From NCBI GenBank assembly GCA_039804685.1, contig JBDLVQ010000021.1:20923-84922 (forward strand): DNA of 64,000 nucleotides. The letters run 5' to 3'. Every line of letters starts with the position of its first letter. The stretch's first letter is position 1. Of this stretch, positions 51,367-62,068 are shown piece after piece. Position numbers and translations under genes: made by a program. The notes below the pieces were generated by a model that saw only the letters and a program-made list of their open reading frames with translations, did not search any database and had not been told where the DNA came from. Origin of the DNA: Pseudomonadota bacterium. GTDB lineage: Bacteria; Pseudomonadota; Gammaproteobacteria; Burkholderiales; Burkholderiaceae.

Positions 51367-52453
51367 GGGCAGCAAGTCTTGCTGATCGAATGGCCTCTTT
51401 AATTAAATCGCCACCCTTGGCTCCACTTGAAGTTACTTCAGCAGCGATCTGGCCTAAATCAATCTGACGAGCAGCATCATAAGATGCAGTCACTTGATTC
51501 GTTTGATAACCAAGTATCTTGATCACAGTCATGAGCTCGGTAAAACGATCCGGCTTTCTCCAAACGTCAATACGATCTAATAGATCCAGTAGACCTATTG
51601 AGTTTAGTTTTTCACCCTTGAGAGCTTGCGCCAAATCGCTAGCCAATACTGCGTAGTCTTTACACTCAACAGGAATACCCCACTGAATTGCCCACTCCTT
51701 AATAAGCTCACCTTTAAGTGAAGACAATAAAACAGCACATCTTTGGGAAATATTTAAATTCTGATGGGCTGCTGCATCTAGGTTTTTAAAAACTGTTAAA
51801 GCGCCCAAAAGCTCGGCGGGGAAAAATCGTTCCAAAACTTCACAAGACTCAAGGACATGAAACATCATAGAAGGCTTCTGAGACATTAAACCTTTTGAAA
51901 ATTCTTGCCACACTCTTTCTTTAACCAAAGCATTTAGTTCCCCACTAAGTCCCATACCCCGCAAAAGCGTCATTGTTTCTGGTGCCACTGTGAAGCTTGG
52001 AAAACGTGCAGAAAATCTGGCCACTCTTAGAAGTCGAACCGGGTCCTCGGAGAAAGCAGGGCCGATATGACGCAATACTTTTTGTTCAATATCTTTTAGG
52101 CCGCCATAAGGATCAATGATCGGGCCAATCAATTTTCCATCTTCAGAAATTTCTTGAGCCATGGCATTGACTGTTAGATCGCGCCTCTCAAGGTCCTGCT
52201 CCAGAGTTACATCTGGATTGGCGTGAAAAGTAAACCCTTTGTAACCAGGCGCCACCTTGCGTTCTGTTCTGGCTAACGCATATTCTTGATTAGTATCTGG
52301 ATGTAAAAAAACAGGAAAATCTTGGCCTACAGGTTTAAAACCTTTTTTGAGCATTTCTTCAGGGCTGGAGCCAACTACAACATAATCAACATCCTTCACT
52401 GGCAAACCCAGTAACTGATCTCGAATAGCTCCGCCGACTACATAAATTTTCAC
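51353..52453 (-). CDS. cca: CCA tRNA nucleotidyltransferase
   Basis: VGGAIRD, DVD, RRDLTVNAM, EDPVRLLR; 366 aa, no obvious HD insertion. Confidence 0.93.
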   Translation of the reverse strand: MKIYVVGGAIRDQLLGLPVKDVDYVVVGSSPEEMLKKGFKPVGQDFPVFLHPDTNQEYALARTERKVAPGYKGFTFHANPDVTLEQDLERRDLTVNAMAQEISEDGKLIGPIIDPYGGLKDIEQKVLRHIGPAFSEDPVRLLRVARFSARFPSFTVAPETMTLLRGMGLSGELNALVKERVWQEFSKGLMSQKPSMMFHVLESCEVLERFFPAELLGALTVFKNLDAAAHQNLNISQRCAVLLSSLKGELIKEWAIQWGIPVECKDYAVLASDLAQALKGEKLNSIGLLDLLDRIDVWRKPDRFTELMTVIKILGYQTNQVTASYDAARQIDLGQIAAEVTSSGAKGGDLIKEAIRSARLAALREL

Positions 52454-53364
52454 TTCAACAACACTTCCAATGGTTGAGGCGCTAGGCCAAAATCTTTTTC
52501 TAATGCATTTTCAGCACCAGGAGGCAAAACACTATCGACCTTCATAGACGCTATATTGTCTCGTGACATGACTGTAGGTCCTGGCATAAATTCTAATAAC
52601 CAAGCTTGAAGATAGCCTACGGCCGGTGGAATTGAAATAATAGGTCTACGGCGCCCTGATTTACTTCCAGCAAATCTAACTAAATCGGCCAAGGTATATA
52701 CCTTGGGACCCACTAAATCATAGGTACGCCCAATCGTTTGGGGCATCTGAATAGCTCTCACAAATGCAGTGGCAACATCAGAAACATATACAGGCTGGAA
52801 TTTAACATTGGCTCCGGCCAAAGGCATCACAGGAGCATATTGCTGCAAGGATGCAAACAAGTTGATGAAACTATCATTTTCGCCAAAGACAACAGACGGG
52901 CGAAATATCGTCCAGTCCAAATAACTTTGCTTGACCAATGCTTCACCATCGCCCTTACTGCGCTGATACATGGAAGGGCCATTTGAATCAGCACCCAAAG
53001 CGCTCATATGCAAATATCTTTTAATGCCATTCTTTTTCATGGCTTCTATGATTTTTTTGGGCAACTCTACATGTGCTTTGGCAAAATTTTTGCCGTATGG
53101 TGAAGCGGGCTTATCGTGCAAGATACCTACCAAATTAATCACCACATCGTCAGAAGATAACCTTCCACAAAGCTGGTTAAGAATATCTTGATTATGAATG
53201 TCGGCCTCAATAATTTGCGCCTGGGGCAAAACCCATAAATCTTTAGCGTACGCCAATCGACGCGTAGGGATAATGATTTTATGCCCCAAGCTTGCAAGCT
53301 TTGAGGCAATTTGTTGACCAATAAATCCACCGCCACCAATCAGTAAAACTTTAGCCTGTTCCAT
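52450..53364 (-). CDS. Complex I NDUFA9-like NAD(P)-dependent epimerase/dehydratase
   Basis: GGGGFIG, INLVGIL, MSALGA, YQRSK, RPSVVFG. Confidence 0.9.
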   Translation of the reverse strand: MEQAKVLLIGGGGFIGQQIASKLASLGHKIIIPTRRLAYAKDLWVLPQAQIIEADIHNQDILNQLCGRLSSDDVVINLVGILHDKPASPYGKNFAKAHVELPKKIIEAMKKNGIKRYLHMSALGADSNGPSMYQRSKGDGEALVKQSYLDWTIFRPSVVFGENDSFINLFASLQQYAPVMPLAGANVKFQPVYVSDVATAFVRAIQMPQTIGRTYDLVGPKVYTLADLVRFAGSKSGRRRPIISIPPAVGYLQAWLLEFMPGPTVMSRDNIASMKVDSVLPPGAENALEKDFGLAPQPLEVLLK

Positions 53365-55307
53365 TATGGCAACTCCGATAAAACTGCTGTTTTAGGAGAT
53401 ACGGTTCCCAATCTCTGCTTGAGGGAAGGCGTCTTTGAACTTGCAAGCACACTGTAATAATTAGCATTGCTCAATACATTTTTTACATAGCCCCTTGTTT
53501 CGTTAAAGGGAATAGTTTCAGCAAAAATTGCACCCTCAACAGCTCTTGGTAACTTTTCTCGCCACAACTTTGGGCGTCCTGGTCCTGCGTTATAGGCTGC
53601 CGAAGCAAGCGCCCAAGAACCATCTAGATCCTGTAGAACCATATTTAAATAATTACTACCAAGTGTCAAATTTGTATTCATATCACTTAATTGATTCGGC
53701 TTAAAGTTATCCATGCCAATTTTCTTAGCAACATACTTTGCGGTGGACGGCATCACTTGCATTAATCCTGATGCGCCCACATGAGATCTCGCATTCATGA
53801 TAAATCTAGATTCTTGACGAATTAGTCCGTAAGCCCAACTCGTGTCTAAGCCTATTGATTGAGCGATGGGGCTCAGAACTTCTCTATAAGGGGTTGGATA
53901 ACGCAAACTAAAATCATGTTCTGATTTCGTTCTATCAGCAGTATTCACTGCCCGATCATACAAACCAATACGCTTCGCATGTTCAGCAACAGCAATTAAC
54001 TGTTGGTCAGTTAAATCTCGCAAAGCCCAATTCCACTCTCGATTACCTTCAAATCGCAATCCCATGTCGTAGAAACGAACTGCTCTAGCAAATGATTTTT
54101 GTGATGCCATGTGCTTTACCAAAGCTTCATCTGCAGCGACCTTTTTAGGAATATATATTTTCATTCCAAGATCTTCTCTTGCTAACTGTCCGTAGAAATT
54201 GAATTGTTCAATGAGTGCTTGCATGGTTTCTTTGGCAAGAGATTCATCCCCCAATTCTTTTTGAGCTCGGCCATACCAATAAGTCCAAGCAGGGTCGCGC
54301 TTTCGGATCGCTGGTGACATATTCTCAATGGACTCCTTAACCAACTTCCAGTCCCCTTCACGCAAAGCTGTTCTAACCTTCCACTCCTGTGACTCTGCCG
54401 ACAATAGCTGGTGATGACCAGCCTCATGTTGAAGACGATATGCTTTGATTGCTTGACGATCTAATTTTTTAGCCAGAAATTGGCCTATGACACCCCAAGC
54501 TGCCGCTGTATTTTCACGACCCGTGCGCCACTCCTTCTTTTCAAAATCTCTAAAAGCTTGTGCTGGATCAACCCTGGCCTTCTTCACAATATCTGAAATA
54601 GGATCATCGCCGCCCGTTCGTTTGGCTAAAGTTTCGTAATTATTCTCAAGAGCAATTCTTCCAATAGCAAGAGCTTCGTACTTAGTTAACCCACCCAACT
54701 TCTGTAGATTTTGCACAAGCTCCGGACAGGCTTCTCCAAAATATTGCGGGTCCAATAAGATGTTCTTTGCTTCTGAGCCTAATATTTTTGGATCTTCTCC
54801 TTTGGCCATTCTTGACTGTAATGCAAAGCATTTCACTTGAGTATCATCATCTAACTGAAACTGAGCATACTCACGATCAAAGTTTGTCCAATCTTGTCGT
54901 TTACCTAAAACTAGCAAGTAGTCATTACGCAACCTATCGGCAATTGCAGAACCCGCATAAGTTTTTAAAAAGTTATTTACTGCTCCATCAACACTAGCAT
55001 CAGAATGAGCCTGCATTCCCCTGTCGAAAAGCTGAGGCTTAATTTGAAAATATGCGACGTAGTCAGCTAAGTCATGCTTATCTAACTGCGCTGCCAAAAG
55101 ATTTGCTTTGGCAACATCATTAACTTTGGCGGCCTCACGAAGCTCCACGAACTTTTGATCTTCCTTGCTTAAATCTTTATTGGCCTCAGCCTTTTTAGCT
55201 ATCTTTGACGAGGCTTGATTGCTTGATTTGGTCTTTGCCTCAACGGCCAACGACACAAGTACTGCACTAAGCGCTAGGCCTGCAATTAATTTATTTACTA
55301 GTTTCAT
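53364..55307 (-). CDS. slt: Soluble lytic transglycosylase
   Basis: IRQESRF catalytic Glu, GLMQVMP, AAYNAGPG, ETIPFNETRGYV; start 55307 chosen, 55337 possible. Confidence 0.93.
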   Translation of the reverse strand: MKLVNKLIAGLALSAVLVSLAVEAKTKSSNQASSKIAKKAEANKDLSKEDQKFVELREAAKVNDVAKANLLAAQLDKHDLADYVAYFQIKPQLFDRGMQAHSDASVDGAVNNFLKTYAGSAIADRLRNDYLLVLGKRQDWTNFDREYAQFQLDDDTQVKCFALQSRMAKGEDPKILGSEAKNILLDPQYFGEACPELVQNLQKLGGLTKYEALAIGRIALENNYETLAKRTGGDDPISDIVKKARVDPAQAFRDFEKKEWRTGRENTAAAWGVIGQFLAKKLDRQAIKAYRLQHEAGHHQLLSAESQEWKVRTALREGDWKLVKESIENMSPAIRKRDPAWTYWYGRAQKELGDESLAKETMQALIEQFNFYGQLAREDLGMKIYIPKKVAADEALVKHMASQKSFARAVRFYDMGLRFEGNREWNWALRDLTDQQLIAVAEHAKRIGLYDRAVNTADRTKSEHDFSLRYPTPYREVLSPIAQSIGLDTSWAYGLIRQESRFIMNARSHVGASGLMQVMPSTAKYVAKKIGMDNFKPNQLSDMNTNLTLGSNYLNMVLQDLDGSWALASAAYNAGPGRPKLWREKLPRAVEGAIFAETIPFNETRGYVKNVLSNANYYSVLASSKTPSLKQRLGTVSPKTAVLSELP

Positions 55308-55366
55308 GTTTTTTCGATGTAGCATAGACCTAATCATGCCTTATTTTTTCATTTTTTGAGCAGCTA

Positions 55367-55936
55367 GTGATAACTTTAAATTCTCTTCGCCAAGACTTAT
55401 TGCAAAAAAGATTGGATCTTCACAAAGATCTTGAAATCAGGGATGCGCTTGAAAAAAGCTTAATTAAGTATCTTGAACAATTTGACCAAGGTTGCTTGGC
55501 GATTTACTGGCCCATTAACAGTGAATTTGATCCAAGACCTCTAGCTCTCAACTGGGCCAGGCAGCATGCGACCAAAAAATTGGCTCTACCGATCGTGAAA
55601 ATTAATCAGCCATTGATTTTTGCGGAGTGGCATGACGGCGACAAGCTTGAGAAGGGGCCTCAAGGAATTCCACAGCCAATTCTCAATGCCAATGGCGCTA
55701 ACGGCATTCAACCCAATATCATTCTTTTGCCTTGCCTAGGATGGTCTTCTCAAAAAGGTCACTTTTGGAGGCTGGGCTATGGTGGCGGATACTACGATAG
55801 AACTTTAGAGTCTTACCGCACAAATGGCCATGCCGTGAAGGCTGTAGGAGTCGCTTACGGGGCCCTAGAAATAAAAGAGGACGCATGGCGTCCTCAATCT
55901 CATGATCAAGCTCTTGACGAGCTTATATGCGCTTAG
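55367..55936 (+). CDS. 5-formyltetrahydrofolate cyclo-ligase
   Basis: YWPINSEFD, ALP, RLGYGGGYYDRTL. Confidence 0.92.
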   Translation: MITLNSLRQDLLQKRLDLHKDLEIRDALEKSLIKYLEQFDQGCLAIYWPINSEFDPRPLALNWARQHATKKLALPIVKINQPLIFAEWHDGDKLEKGPQGIPQPILNANGANGIQPNIILLPCLGWSSQKGHFWRLGYGGGYYDRTLESYRTNGHAVKAVGVAYGALEIKEDAWRPQSHDQALDELICA

Positions 55937-55937
55937 C

Positions 55938-56765
55938 TCAAATTAAATTGAGCTCTTTAGCAATTGTTAGAGTTGGCTCTGCTTGATTTAGGCTATAGAA
56001 ATGCAATCCAGGGGCTCCAGCCAACATCAACTGATCGCATAAATCAGTTACTACGTCCAAACCAAATGCTTTGATAGATGCTGTGTCATCACCAAAAGAT
56101 TGAAGTCTTAAGCGAATCCATCGTGGAATTTCAGCGCCACAAGCATCAGAGAACCGTAACAATTGGGTGCTATTTGTAATAGGCATGATGCCCGGGACAA
56201 TTGGTTCATCAACTCCTAACTTAGCCGCCTCATCTACAAACTTAAAATAGGCATCGCTATTGAAAAAATACTGGGTTATTGCTGAATCTGCCCCAGCTTT
56301 CATTTTGTTGGCGAAGCGTTGCACATCATCAGTCATTGATTTTGCTTGTGGATGCATTTCTGGATAAGCTGCCACTTCAATATGAAAATGACTATCTGTC
56401 TCAGATCGAATGAATCGAACCAATTCATCAGCATGATGAAATTCACCGTACTGGCCCATTCCTGATGGCAAATCACCTCTTAATGCAACAATCCGTTGAA
56501 TACCCAGCGCTTTGTATTGCGCTAACAATTCACTGATTTTTTCCTTTGAGCTACCCACACAGGATAGATGGGGCGCAGCTTGCTGACCAGCCTCATGTAT
56601 TTCTTTAACAGCAGAAAAAGTGCCATCTTGGGTTGATCCACCTGCTCCAAAAGTAACAGAGAAAAATGTTGGCTTGAGCGCTGTTGCAAGTTGCTCACGC
56701 ACGGTGCGCAACTTAGCAGCTCCTTCCGGTGTTTTTGACGGGAAAAACTCAACGCTCAATTCCAT
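55938..56765 (-). CDS. metF: Methylenetetrahydrofolate reductase
   Basis: SVEFFP, SVTFGAGGS, ALRGD, AAYPE, ITQYFF, GLHFY. Confidence 0.97.
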   Translation of the reverse strand: MELSVEFFPSKTPEGAAKLRTVREQLATALKPTFFSVTFGAGGSTQDGTFSAVKEIHEAGQQAAPHLSCVGSSKEKISELLAQYKALGIQRIVALRGDLPSGMGQYGEFHHADELVRFIRSETDSHFHIEVAAYPEMHPQAKSMTDDVQRFANKMKAGADSAITQYFFNSDAYFKFVDEAAKLGVDEPIVPGIMPITNSTQLLRFSDACGAEIPRWIRLRLQSFGDDTASIKAFGLDVVTDLCDQLMLAGAPGLHFYSLNQAEPTLTIAKELNLI

Positions 56766-56794
56766 CTAATTTCTTTCTCTATTAATTCAGGATC

Positions 56795-58234
56795 TTAATA
56801 ACGATATGTTTCAGGCTTGTAAGGGCCTTCTTTTTTCACGTTAATGTAATTGGCTTGTTGATCGCTTAGCTCTGTCAACTGTGCGTTCAATTTTTTCAAT
56901 TGCAAACGTGCAACTTTTTCATCCAAATGCTTAGGCAATGTGTAAACGCCAACTGGGTACTTATTGGTATCAGCGGTGGTCCACAACTCGATCTGTGCAA
57001 TTGTTTGATTCGCGAATGAAGAGCTCATCACATAAGATGGGTGCCCCGTACCACAACCCAAATTCACTAAGCGACCTTTTGCCAAAATGATGATGCGCTT
57101 TTCAGCCTGACCATTGCTAGCCGGGAAAATAACGTGATCAACTTGCGGCTTAATTTCTTCCCATTTGTACTTTTCAACACCTGCAATATCAATCTCATTG
57201 TCAAAGTGCCCGATATTACAAACAATCGCCTGATCTTTCATCTTAACCATGTGATCATGAGTAATCACATGGTAGTTACCGGTTGCCGTAACAAAAATAT
57301 CTGCTTTGTCAGCAGCGTAGTCCATTGTTACAACCCGATAACCTTCCATAGCTGCCTGTAACGCACAAATTGGATCAACTTCAGTCACCCAAACCTGTGC
57401 AGATAAAGCGCGTAGAGCTTGAGCAGAACCCTTACCTACATCGCCGTAACCTGCAACAACTGCCACTTTGCCTGCAACCATGACATCTGTTGCGCGCTTG
57501 ATACCATCAACCAATGATTCGCGGCAACCGTACAAATTATCAAACTTGCTCTTGGTAACTGAGTCATTAACGTTAATCGCTGGGAATTTCAACTCACCCT
57601 TAGCATGCATTTGATATAAGCGATGAACGCCAGTTGTTGTCTCTTCTGTAACGCCCTTAACTTTTTCTAAGCGTACTGAATACCATGTTGGATCAACTTT
57701 TAGTTTTGATTTGATGGATGCAAAAAGAACTGTTTCTTCTTCGCTAGTTGGGTGATTCAAAACCGATAAATCTTTTTCAGCCTTTGTTCCCAAATGTAGC
57801 AACATCGTTGCATCACCACCGTCATCCAAAATCATGTTCGAGAAGCCGCCATCTTGCCATTCGAAAATGCGATGAGTGAATTCCCAATATTGCTCCAAGG
57901 TCTCACCCTTGATTGCAAACACAGGCGTGCCATTTGCTGCAATCGCTGCAGCTGCATGGTCTTGTGTTGAGAAAATATTGCATGAAGCCCAGCGGACTTC
58001 TGCACCAAGCGCCTCTAATGTTTCAATCAATACCGCAGTTTGAATAGTCATGTGCAAAGAACCCGTAATACGTGCACCGCGTAATGGTTGGCTTGCAGCA
58101 AACTCTTCGCGAATTGCCATCAAACCTGGCATTTCTGTTTCAGCAATAGCAATTTCTTTGCGTCCCCAAGCTGCTAATGAAATATCAGCAATAGCGCAAT
58201 CTTTAAGAATATCTAAATCATTTGGTTTGTTCAT
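56795..58234 (-). CDS. ahcY: Adenosylhomocysteinase
   Basis: [39 protein letters not shown]. Confidence 0.98.
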   Translation of the reverse strand: MNKPNDLDILKDCAIADISLAAWGRKEIAIAETEMPGLMAIREEFAASQPLRGARITGSLHMTIQTAVLIETLEALGAEVRWASCNIFSTQDHAAAAIAANGTPVFAIKGETLEQYWEFTHRIFEWQDGGFSNMILDDGGDATMLLHLGTKAEKDLSVLNHPTSEEETVLFASIKSKLKVDPTWYSVRLEKVKGVTEETTTGVHRLYQMHAKGELKFPAINVNDSVTKSKFDNLYGCRESLVDGIKRATDVMVAGKVAVVAGYGDVGKGSAQALRALSAQVWVTEVDPICALQAAMEGYRVVTMDYAADKADIFVTATGNYHVITHDHMVKMKDQAIVCNIGHFDNEIDIAGVEKYKWEEIKPQVDHVIFPASNGQAEKRIIILAKGRLVNLGCGTGHPSYVMSSSFANQTIAQIELWTTADTNKYPVGVYTLPKHLDEKVARLQLKKLNAQLTELSDQQANYINVKKEGPYKPETYRY

Positions 58235-58270
58235 TACCACTCCAAGCTAGTAAGGAAGATCTTGGAGAGC

Positions 58271-58313
58271 AAATAAAAAGCTCGCCAACCAATTCACTTC
58301 CAGGTTAGCGAGC
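58271..58313 (-). terminator. Terminator forming the SAH riboswitch expression platform
   Basis: 11 bp stem GCTCGCTAACC/GGTTGGCGAGC followed by TTTTTATTT. Confidence 0.8.
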
Positions 58314-58390
58314 GTCGTTGCTAAAGGCTGTAAAGCCCCCTCTAAGCCTAGGGTGTCAGAACTTCGACACCTCGCAACGCTCCTTAGAGA
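58310..58390 (-). ncRNA. SAH riboswitch
   Basis: TCTAAGGAGCGTTGCGA...CTAGGCTTAGA...AACGACGCTC; P1 TCTAAG/CTTAGA, P2 GGTGTC/GACACC, pseudoknot GAGCG/CGCTC; upstream of ahcY. Confidence 0.92.
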
Positions 58391-58400
58391 TTTCGAAAAA

Positions 58401-59567
58401 TTATAAACCAGCAGCGGCTCTTAATGCTGCGGCCTTATCTCTTGCTTCCCATGTGAACTCCGGCTCTTCACGGCCAAAGTGTCCATAAGCAGCAGTTTTA
58501 CGATAAATTGGGCGAAGAAGATTTAACATCTTTACTATGCCCTTTGGCCTTAAATCAAAGTGAGTGCGCACTAACTCAGCAATCTTCTCATCCGAAACCT
58601 TGCCTGTGCCAAACGTACTGACCATCACTGATGTTGGCTGAGCAACACCAATCGCATATGAAATTTGGACCAAACACTTGCTTGCCAAACCCGCCGCCAC
58701 AATATTTTTAGCGACATAACGACCCGCATAAGCAGCTGAGCGGTCAACCTTTGAAGGATCCTTACCAGAGAAGGCACCACCGCCGTGAGGGGCTGCACCA
58801 CCGTAGGTGTCCACAATAATTTTGCGACCAGTTAAACCACAATCTCCCTGTGGGCCACCAATAACAAAGCGACCTGTTGGGTTCACCAAGTACTTAATTT
58901 CACCTTTGATTAACTCTTTAGGCAAAACCGGTTTGATAATTTCTTCAATCACAGCTTCGCGTAGTTTTTCTAAAGAAATATCTGGTGAGTGCTGTGTTGA
59001 TAAAACGATTGTGTCGATTGAATCAGGCTTGCCATCTACATAACGTAAAGTTACTTGTGATTTCGCATCTGGGCGCAACCAGTTCAAGCGGCCATCACGA
59101 CGCAAGTCAGCTTGACGCTCGACCAAACGATGTGACAAATGAATCGGTAAAGGCATTAATTCTGGAGTCTCATCAACAGCGTAACCAAACATCAAGCCTT
59201 GATCGCCAGCGCCTTGATCTAGGCCATCATCATGGGCTTTATCAACGCCTTGAGCGATATCAGGGCTTTGCTTGTCATAAGCCACTAAAACAGCGCAACC
59301 CTTGTAATCAATACCATATTCAGTATTGTCGTAACCAATTTGACGAATAGTGTCACGGGCTACGTTGATGTAATCAACGTTAGCTGTTGTTGTAATTTCA
59401 CCGGCAAGCACTACCAAACCTGTATTGCACAGAGTTTCTGCGGCAACACGTGCTGTAGGGTCTTGAGCCAAAATGGCGTCAAGAATCGCATCAGAAATTT
59501 GGTCAGATACTTTGTCTGGGTGACCTTCAGAAACAGACTCTGAAGTAAAGAAGTAGTTGTTAGACAT
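58401..59567 (-). CDS. metK: S-adenosylmethionine synthetase
   Basis: [33 protein letters not shown]. Confidence 0.98.
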   Translation of the reverse strand: MSNNYFFTSESVSEGHPDKVSDQISDAILDAILAQDPTARVAAETLCNTGLVVLAGEITTTANVDYINVARDTIRQIGYDNTEYGIDYKGCAVLVAYDKQSPDIAQGVDKAHDDGLDQGAGDQGLMFGYAVDETPELMPLPIHLSHRLVERQADLRRDGRLNWLRPDAKSQVTLRYVDGKPDSIDTIVLSTQHSPDISLEKLREAVIEEIIKPVLPKELIKGEIKYLVNPTGRFVIGGPQGDCGLTGRKIIVDTYGGAAPHGGGAFSGKDPSKVDRSAAYAGRYVAKNIVAAGLASKCLVQISYAIGVAQPTSVMVSTFGTGKVSDEKIAELVRTHFDLRPKGIVKMLNLLRPIYRKTAAYGHFGREEPEFTWEARDKAAALRAAAGL

Positions 59568-59623
59568 TTGAAGCTCCTTAGTTAAATAACCGACAACACG
59601 TGCCGAGTATTACCAAGTGCGGC

Positions 59624-59678
59624 GACGCTTTAGCGGATAGTTTTAATTCGCCCCGCAAGTTGTCTTAACTCGGCGAAT
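59624..59678 (-). ncRNA. SAM-II-like riboswitch aptamer (variant)
   Basis: ATTCGCC-GAGTTAA-GAC-AAC-TTGC-GG-GGCGAAT-TAAAACTATCC-GCTAAA-GC-GTC: 7 bp P1, TTGC/GCTAA core, GAC/GTC P2a, TAAA in L3. Confidence 0.75.
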
Positions 59679-59685
59679 ACCCTAA

Positions 59686-59715
59686 ATTCTATAACATTCT
59701 CACTTTTAGTGGCAA
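59686..59715 (-). promoter_or_regulatory. Sigma70 promoter of metK
   Basis: TTGCCA-N18-TAGAAT, placing the start site just before the aptamer. Confidence 0.65.
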
Positions 59716-59733
59716 ACCTGTATATTTACCCCT

Positions 59734-60609
59734 ATGACAAGTACAAGATTACGCTTTACCAAAATGCATGGCGCCGGCAATGATTTCATTGTTTTAGATG
59801 GCATTTCTCAAGATCTTTCAAAGATCACTAAAGAGCAATGGCAAGCTTTGGCTCACCGTCAATTTGGCATTGGCGCAGATCAGATTTTATTAGTTGAAAA
59901 ACCGACTGAAGCAGATGCTGAATTCCGCTACAGAATCTTCAACTCTGACGGTGGCGAAGTTGAACAATGCGGCAATGGCTCACGCTGCTTTGTTAGATTT
60001 GTCAGAGAAAAAGGTTTAACCAAGAATAAAACCGTCAAAGTTCAAGTGGCCCATACCATCCTCGCTCTCACCGAGAATGATGACGGAGAGGTAACTGTGA
60101 ATATGGGGGCACCCATTTTGTCGACTGAATTAGTGCCGTTCAATTCCCTAGGGCTTGAAAACAAACCTGATGGTAGCTCATTGATTTACGAACTCAAACT
60201 TGCCGAAGATTCTGCATGGGTTGGGACAGTGTCCATGGGTAATCCACACGCCGTTCAAATAGTTGCAGATGTTGAAACCGCACCCGTTGAAATCCAGGGG
60301 CCGCAAATTGAAAAACATTCAGCATTTCCTAAAAAGGTGAATGCGGGATTTATGCAAATTCAAAATCGCCATGAAATTAAATTACGTGTCTTTGAAAGAG
60401 GTTCAGGAGAAACTCTCGCCTGCGGCACAGGCGCATGTGCGGCTGTAGTTTCTGGAATCCTAAGAGGTCACCTTGACTCACCGGTGAAAGTGCATACCCG
60501 TGGCGGTGACCTCAGCATTGCTTGGAATAACAAAGCCTCCGTAGACTCGCCCGTTATGATGACGGGCCCCGCACAGACAGTATTTGAGGGTGAAGTTACC
60601 CTAGATTAA
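59734..60609 (+). CDS. dapF: Diaminopimelate epimerase
   Basis: [36 protein letters not shown]. Confidence 0.97.
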   Translation: MTSTRLRFTKMHGAGNDFIVLDGISQDLSKITKEQWQALAHRQFGIGADQILLVEKPTEADAEFRYRIFNSDGGEVEQCGNGSRCFVRFVREKGLTKNKTVKVQVAHTILALTENDDGEVTVNMGAPILSTELVPFNSLGLENKPDGSSLIYELKLAEDSAWVGTVSMGNPHAVQIVADVETAPVEIQGPQIEKHSAFPKKVNAGFMQIQNRHEIKLRVFERGSGETLACGTGACAAVVSGILRGHLDSPVKVHTRGGDLSIAWNNKASVDSPVMMTGPAQTVFEGEVTLD

Positions 60610-61281
60610 TTAAATGCCGTATTGGTCGCGATACGCTTTAACTGCCGGTAGGTACTGCTGCAAATCTGCACTTTGTCCAGACTCTAAAAAGCTCATCAAG
60701 CTCGCCAAATTAGCAATAGAAACTACTGGCATGCCAAACTCTTTTTCAACATTTTGAACTGCTGAGCTATTTCCGATTTCAGTTGCTGTACCTGAGCGCT
60801 CCATACGGTCAAGTGCGATTAATACTGCTGCTGGCGTAGCCCCCGCATGGCGAATAATATCCACAGACTCACGAACAGATGTGCCTGCAGAGATGACGTC
60901 ATCAATAATGACCACGCGACCTTTTAATGGAGCGCCAACTAGTGTGCCACCCTCACCATGATCTTTTGCCTCTTTACGATTAAAGCAAAAAGGCACAGGT
61001 CTTCCCATGCCAGCCAATGCCACAGCAGTTGTTGCAGCCAAAGTAATACCTTTATATGCAGGGCCAAACAGCATATCGAACTCAATGCCTGAATTGATCA
61101 AAGCTTTTGCGTAGAATTCGCCTAATGCTTTTAATAAGGCGCCATCATTAAAGCCGCCGGCATTAAAAAAGTAAGGTGATAATCGTCCTGCTTTTGTTTT
61201 AAATTCGCCAAAAGATAAAACTTTGGCATCTAAAGCAAAATGGATAAAGTCGTTTTTAAAGTTTTCTTGATTGGAAGTCAT
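60610..61281 (-). CDS. pyrE: Orotate phosphoribosyltransferase
   Basis: [40 protein letters not shown]; start ATG 61281. Confidence 0.97.
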   Translation of the reverse strand: MTSNQENFKNDFIHFALDAKVLSFGEFKTKAGRLSPYFFNAGGFNDGALLKALGEFYAKALINSGIEFDMLFGPAYKGITLAATTAVALAGMGRPVPFCFNRKEAKDHGEGGTLVGAPLKGRVVIIDDVISAGTSVRESVDIIRHAGATPAAVLIALDRMERSGTATEIGNSSAVQNVEKEFGMPVVSIANLASLMSFLESGQSADLQQYLPAVKAYRDQYGI

Positions 61282-61288
61282 AACCGAG

Positions 61289-62068
61289 ATGTTACGCATC
61301 ATTACAGCCAACCTCAATGGTATTCGCTCAGCCGCTAAAAAAGGTTTCTTTGAGTGGGTCAATACTCAAAGCCCAGACATCCTTTGTATTCAAGAACTTA
61401 AGGCTCAAGAAGCGGACCTAGATGAAGCACTCTTAGCGCCATTGGGGTATCACGGCTTTTTCCAATATGCCCTGAAAAAAGGTTACAGCGGAGTTGGTTT
61501 GTACTCCAAGAAAAAGCCCGATTCAGTCAAAATTGGTTTTGATTCAGGAGAATTTGATGCTGAGGGTCGCTATGTTGAAGCACGCTTTGGCAAGCTCATC
61601 GTGATCTCAGCTTATTTTCCTTCAGGCTCGAGCGCTCCAGAGCGTCAAGAAGCAAAATTTAGGTTTCTAGATTTATTCATGCCTCACCTAAAAAGCCTTA
61701 AGGCTGAAGGCTTAGAGATTGTATTGTGTGGCGACATTAACATTGCACACCAAGAAATTGATCTGAAAAACTGGAAAGGCAATATTAAAAACTCTGGCTT
61801 CCTTCCAGAGGAGCGTGATTGGATGACTCAGCTTTTCAATGATGTTGGTTATGTTGATGTTTACCGATCATTGCACCCAGATACAACAGATGATTGTTAC
61901 ACCTGGTGGAGTCAAAGAGGTCAAGCCTACGCTAAAAATGTTGGGTGGCGCATTGATTACCAAATTGCAACGCCTGGCATTGCTCAAAAGGCCAAAAAGA
62001 TTGAAATTTATAAATCAGAAAAATTCTCTGATCACGCACCGCTGATTGTGGACTACGACACTATGTAA
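61289..62068 (+). CDS. xth: Exodeoxyribonuclease III
   Basis: N.NGIR, QELK, GYSGV, YFPSG, CGD.NIAH, WRIDY, SDHAP. Confidence 0.95.
   Translation: MLRIITANLNGIRSAAKKGFFEWVNTQSPDILCIQELKAQEADLDEALLAPLGYHGFFQYALKKGYSGVGLYSKKKPDSVKIGFDSGEFDAEGRYVEARFGKLIVISAYFPSGSSAPERQEAKFRFLDLFMPHLKSLKAEGLEIVLCGDINIAHQEIDLKNWKGNIKNSGFLPEERDWMTQLFNDVGYVDVYRSLHPDTTDDCYTWWSQRGQAYAKNVGWRIDYQIATPGIAQKAKKIEIYKSEKFSDHAPLIVDYDTM

Noticed and set aside
55300-55370. 6S RNA upstream of the 5-formyl-THF cyclo-ligase gene
   Set aside because: The spacer to divergent slt is only about 30-60 nt, too short.
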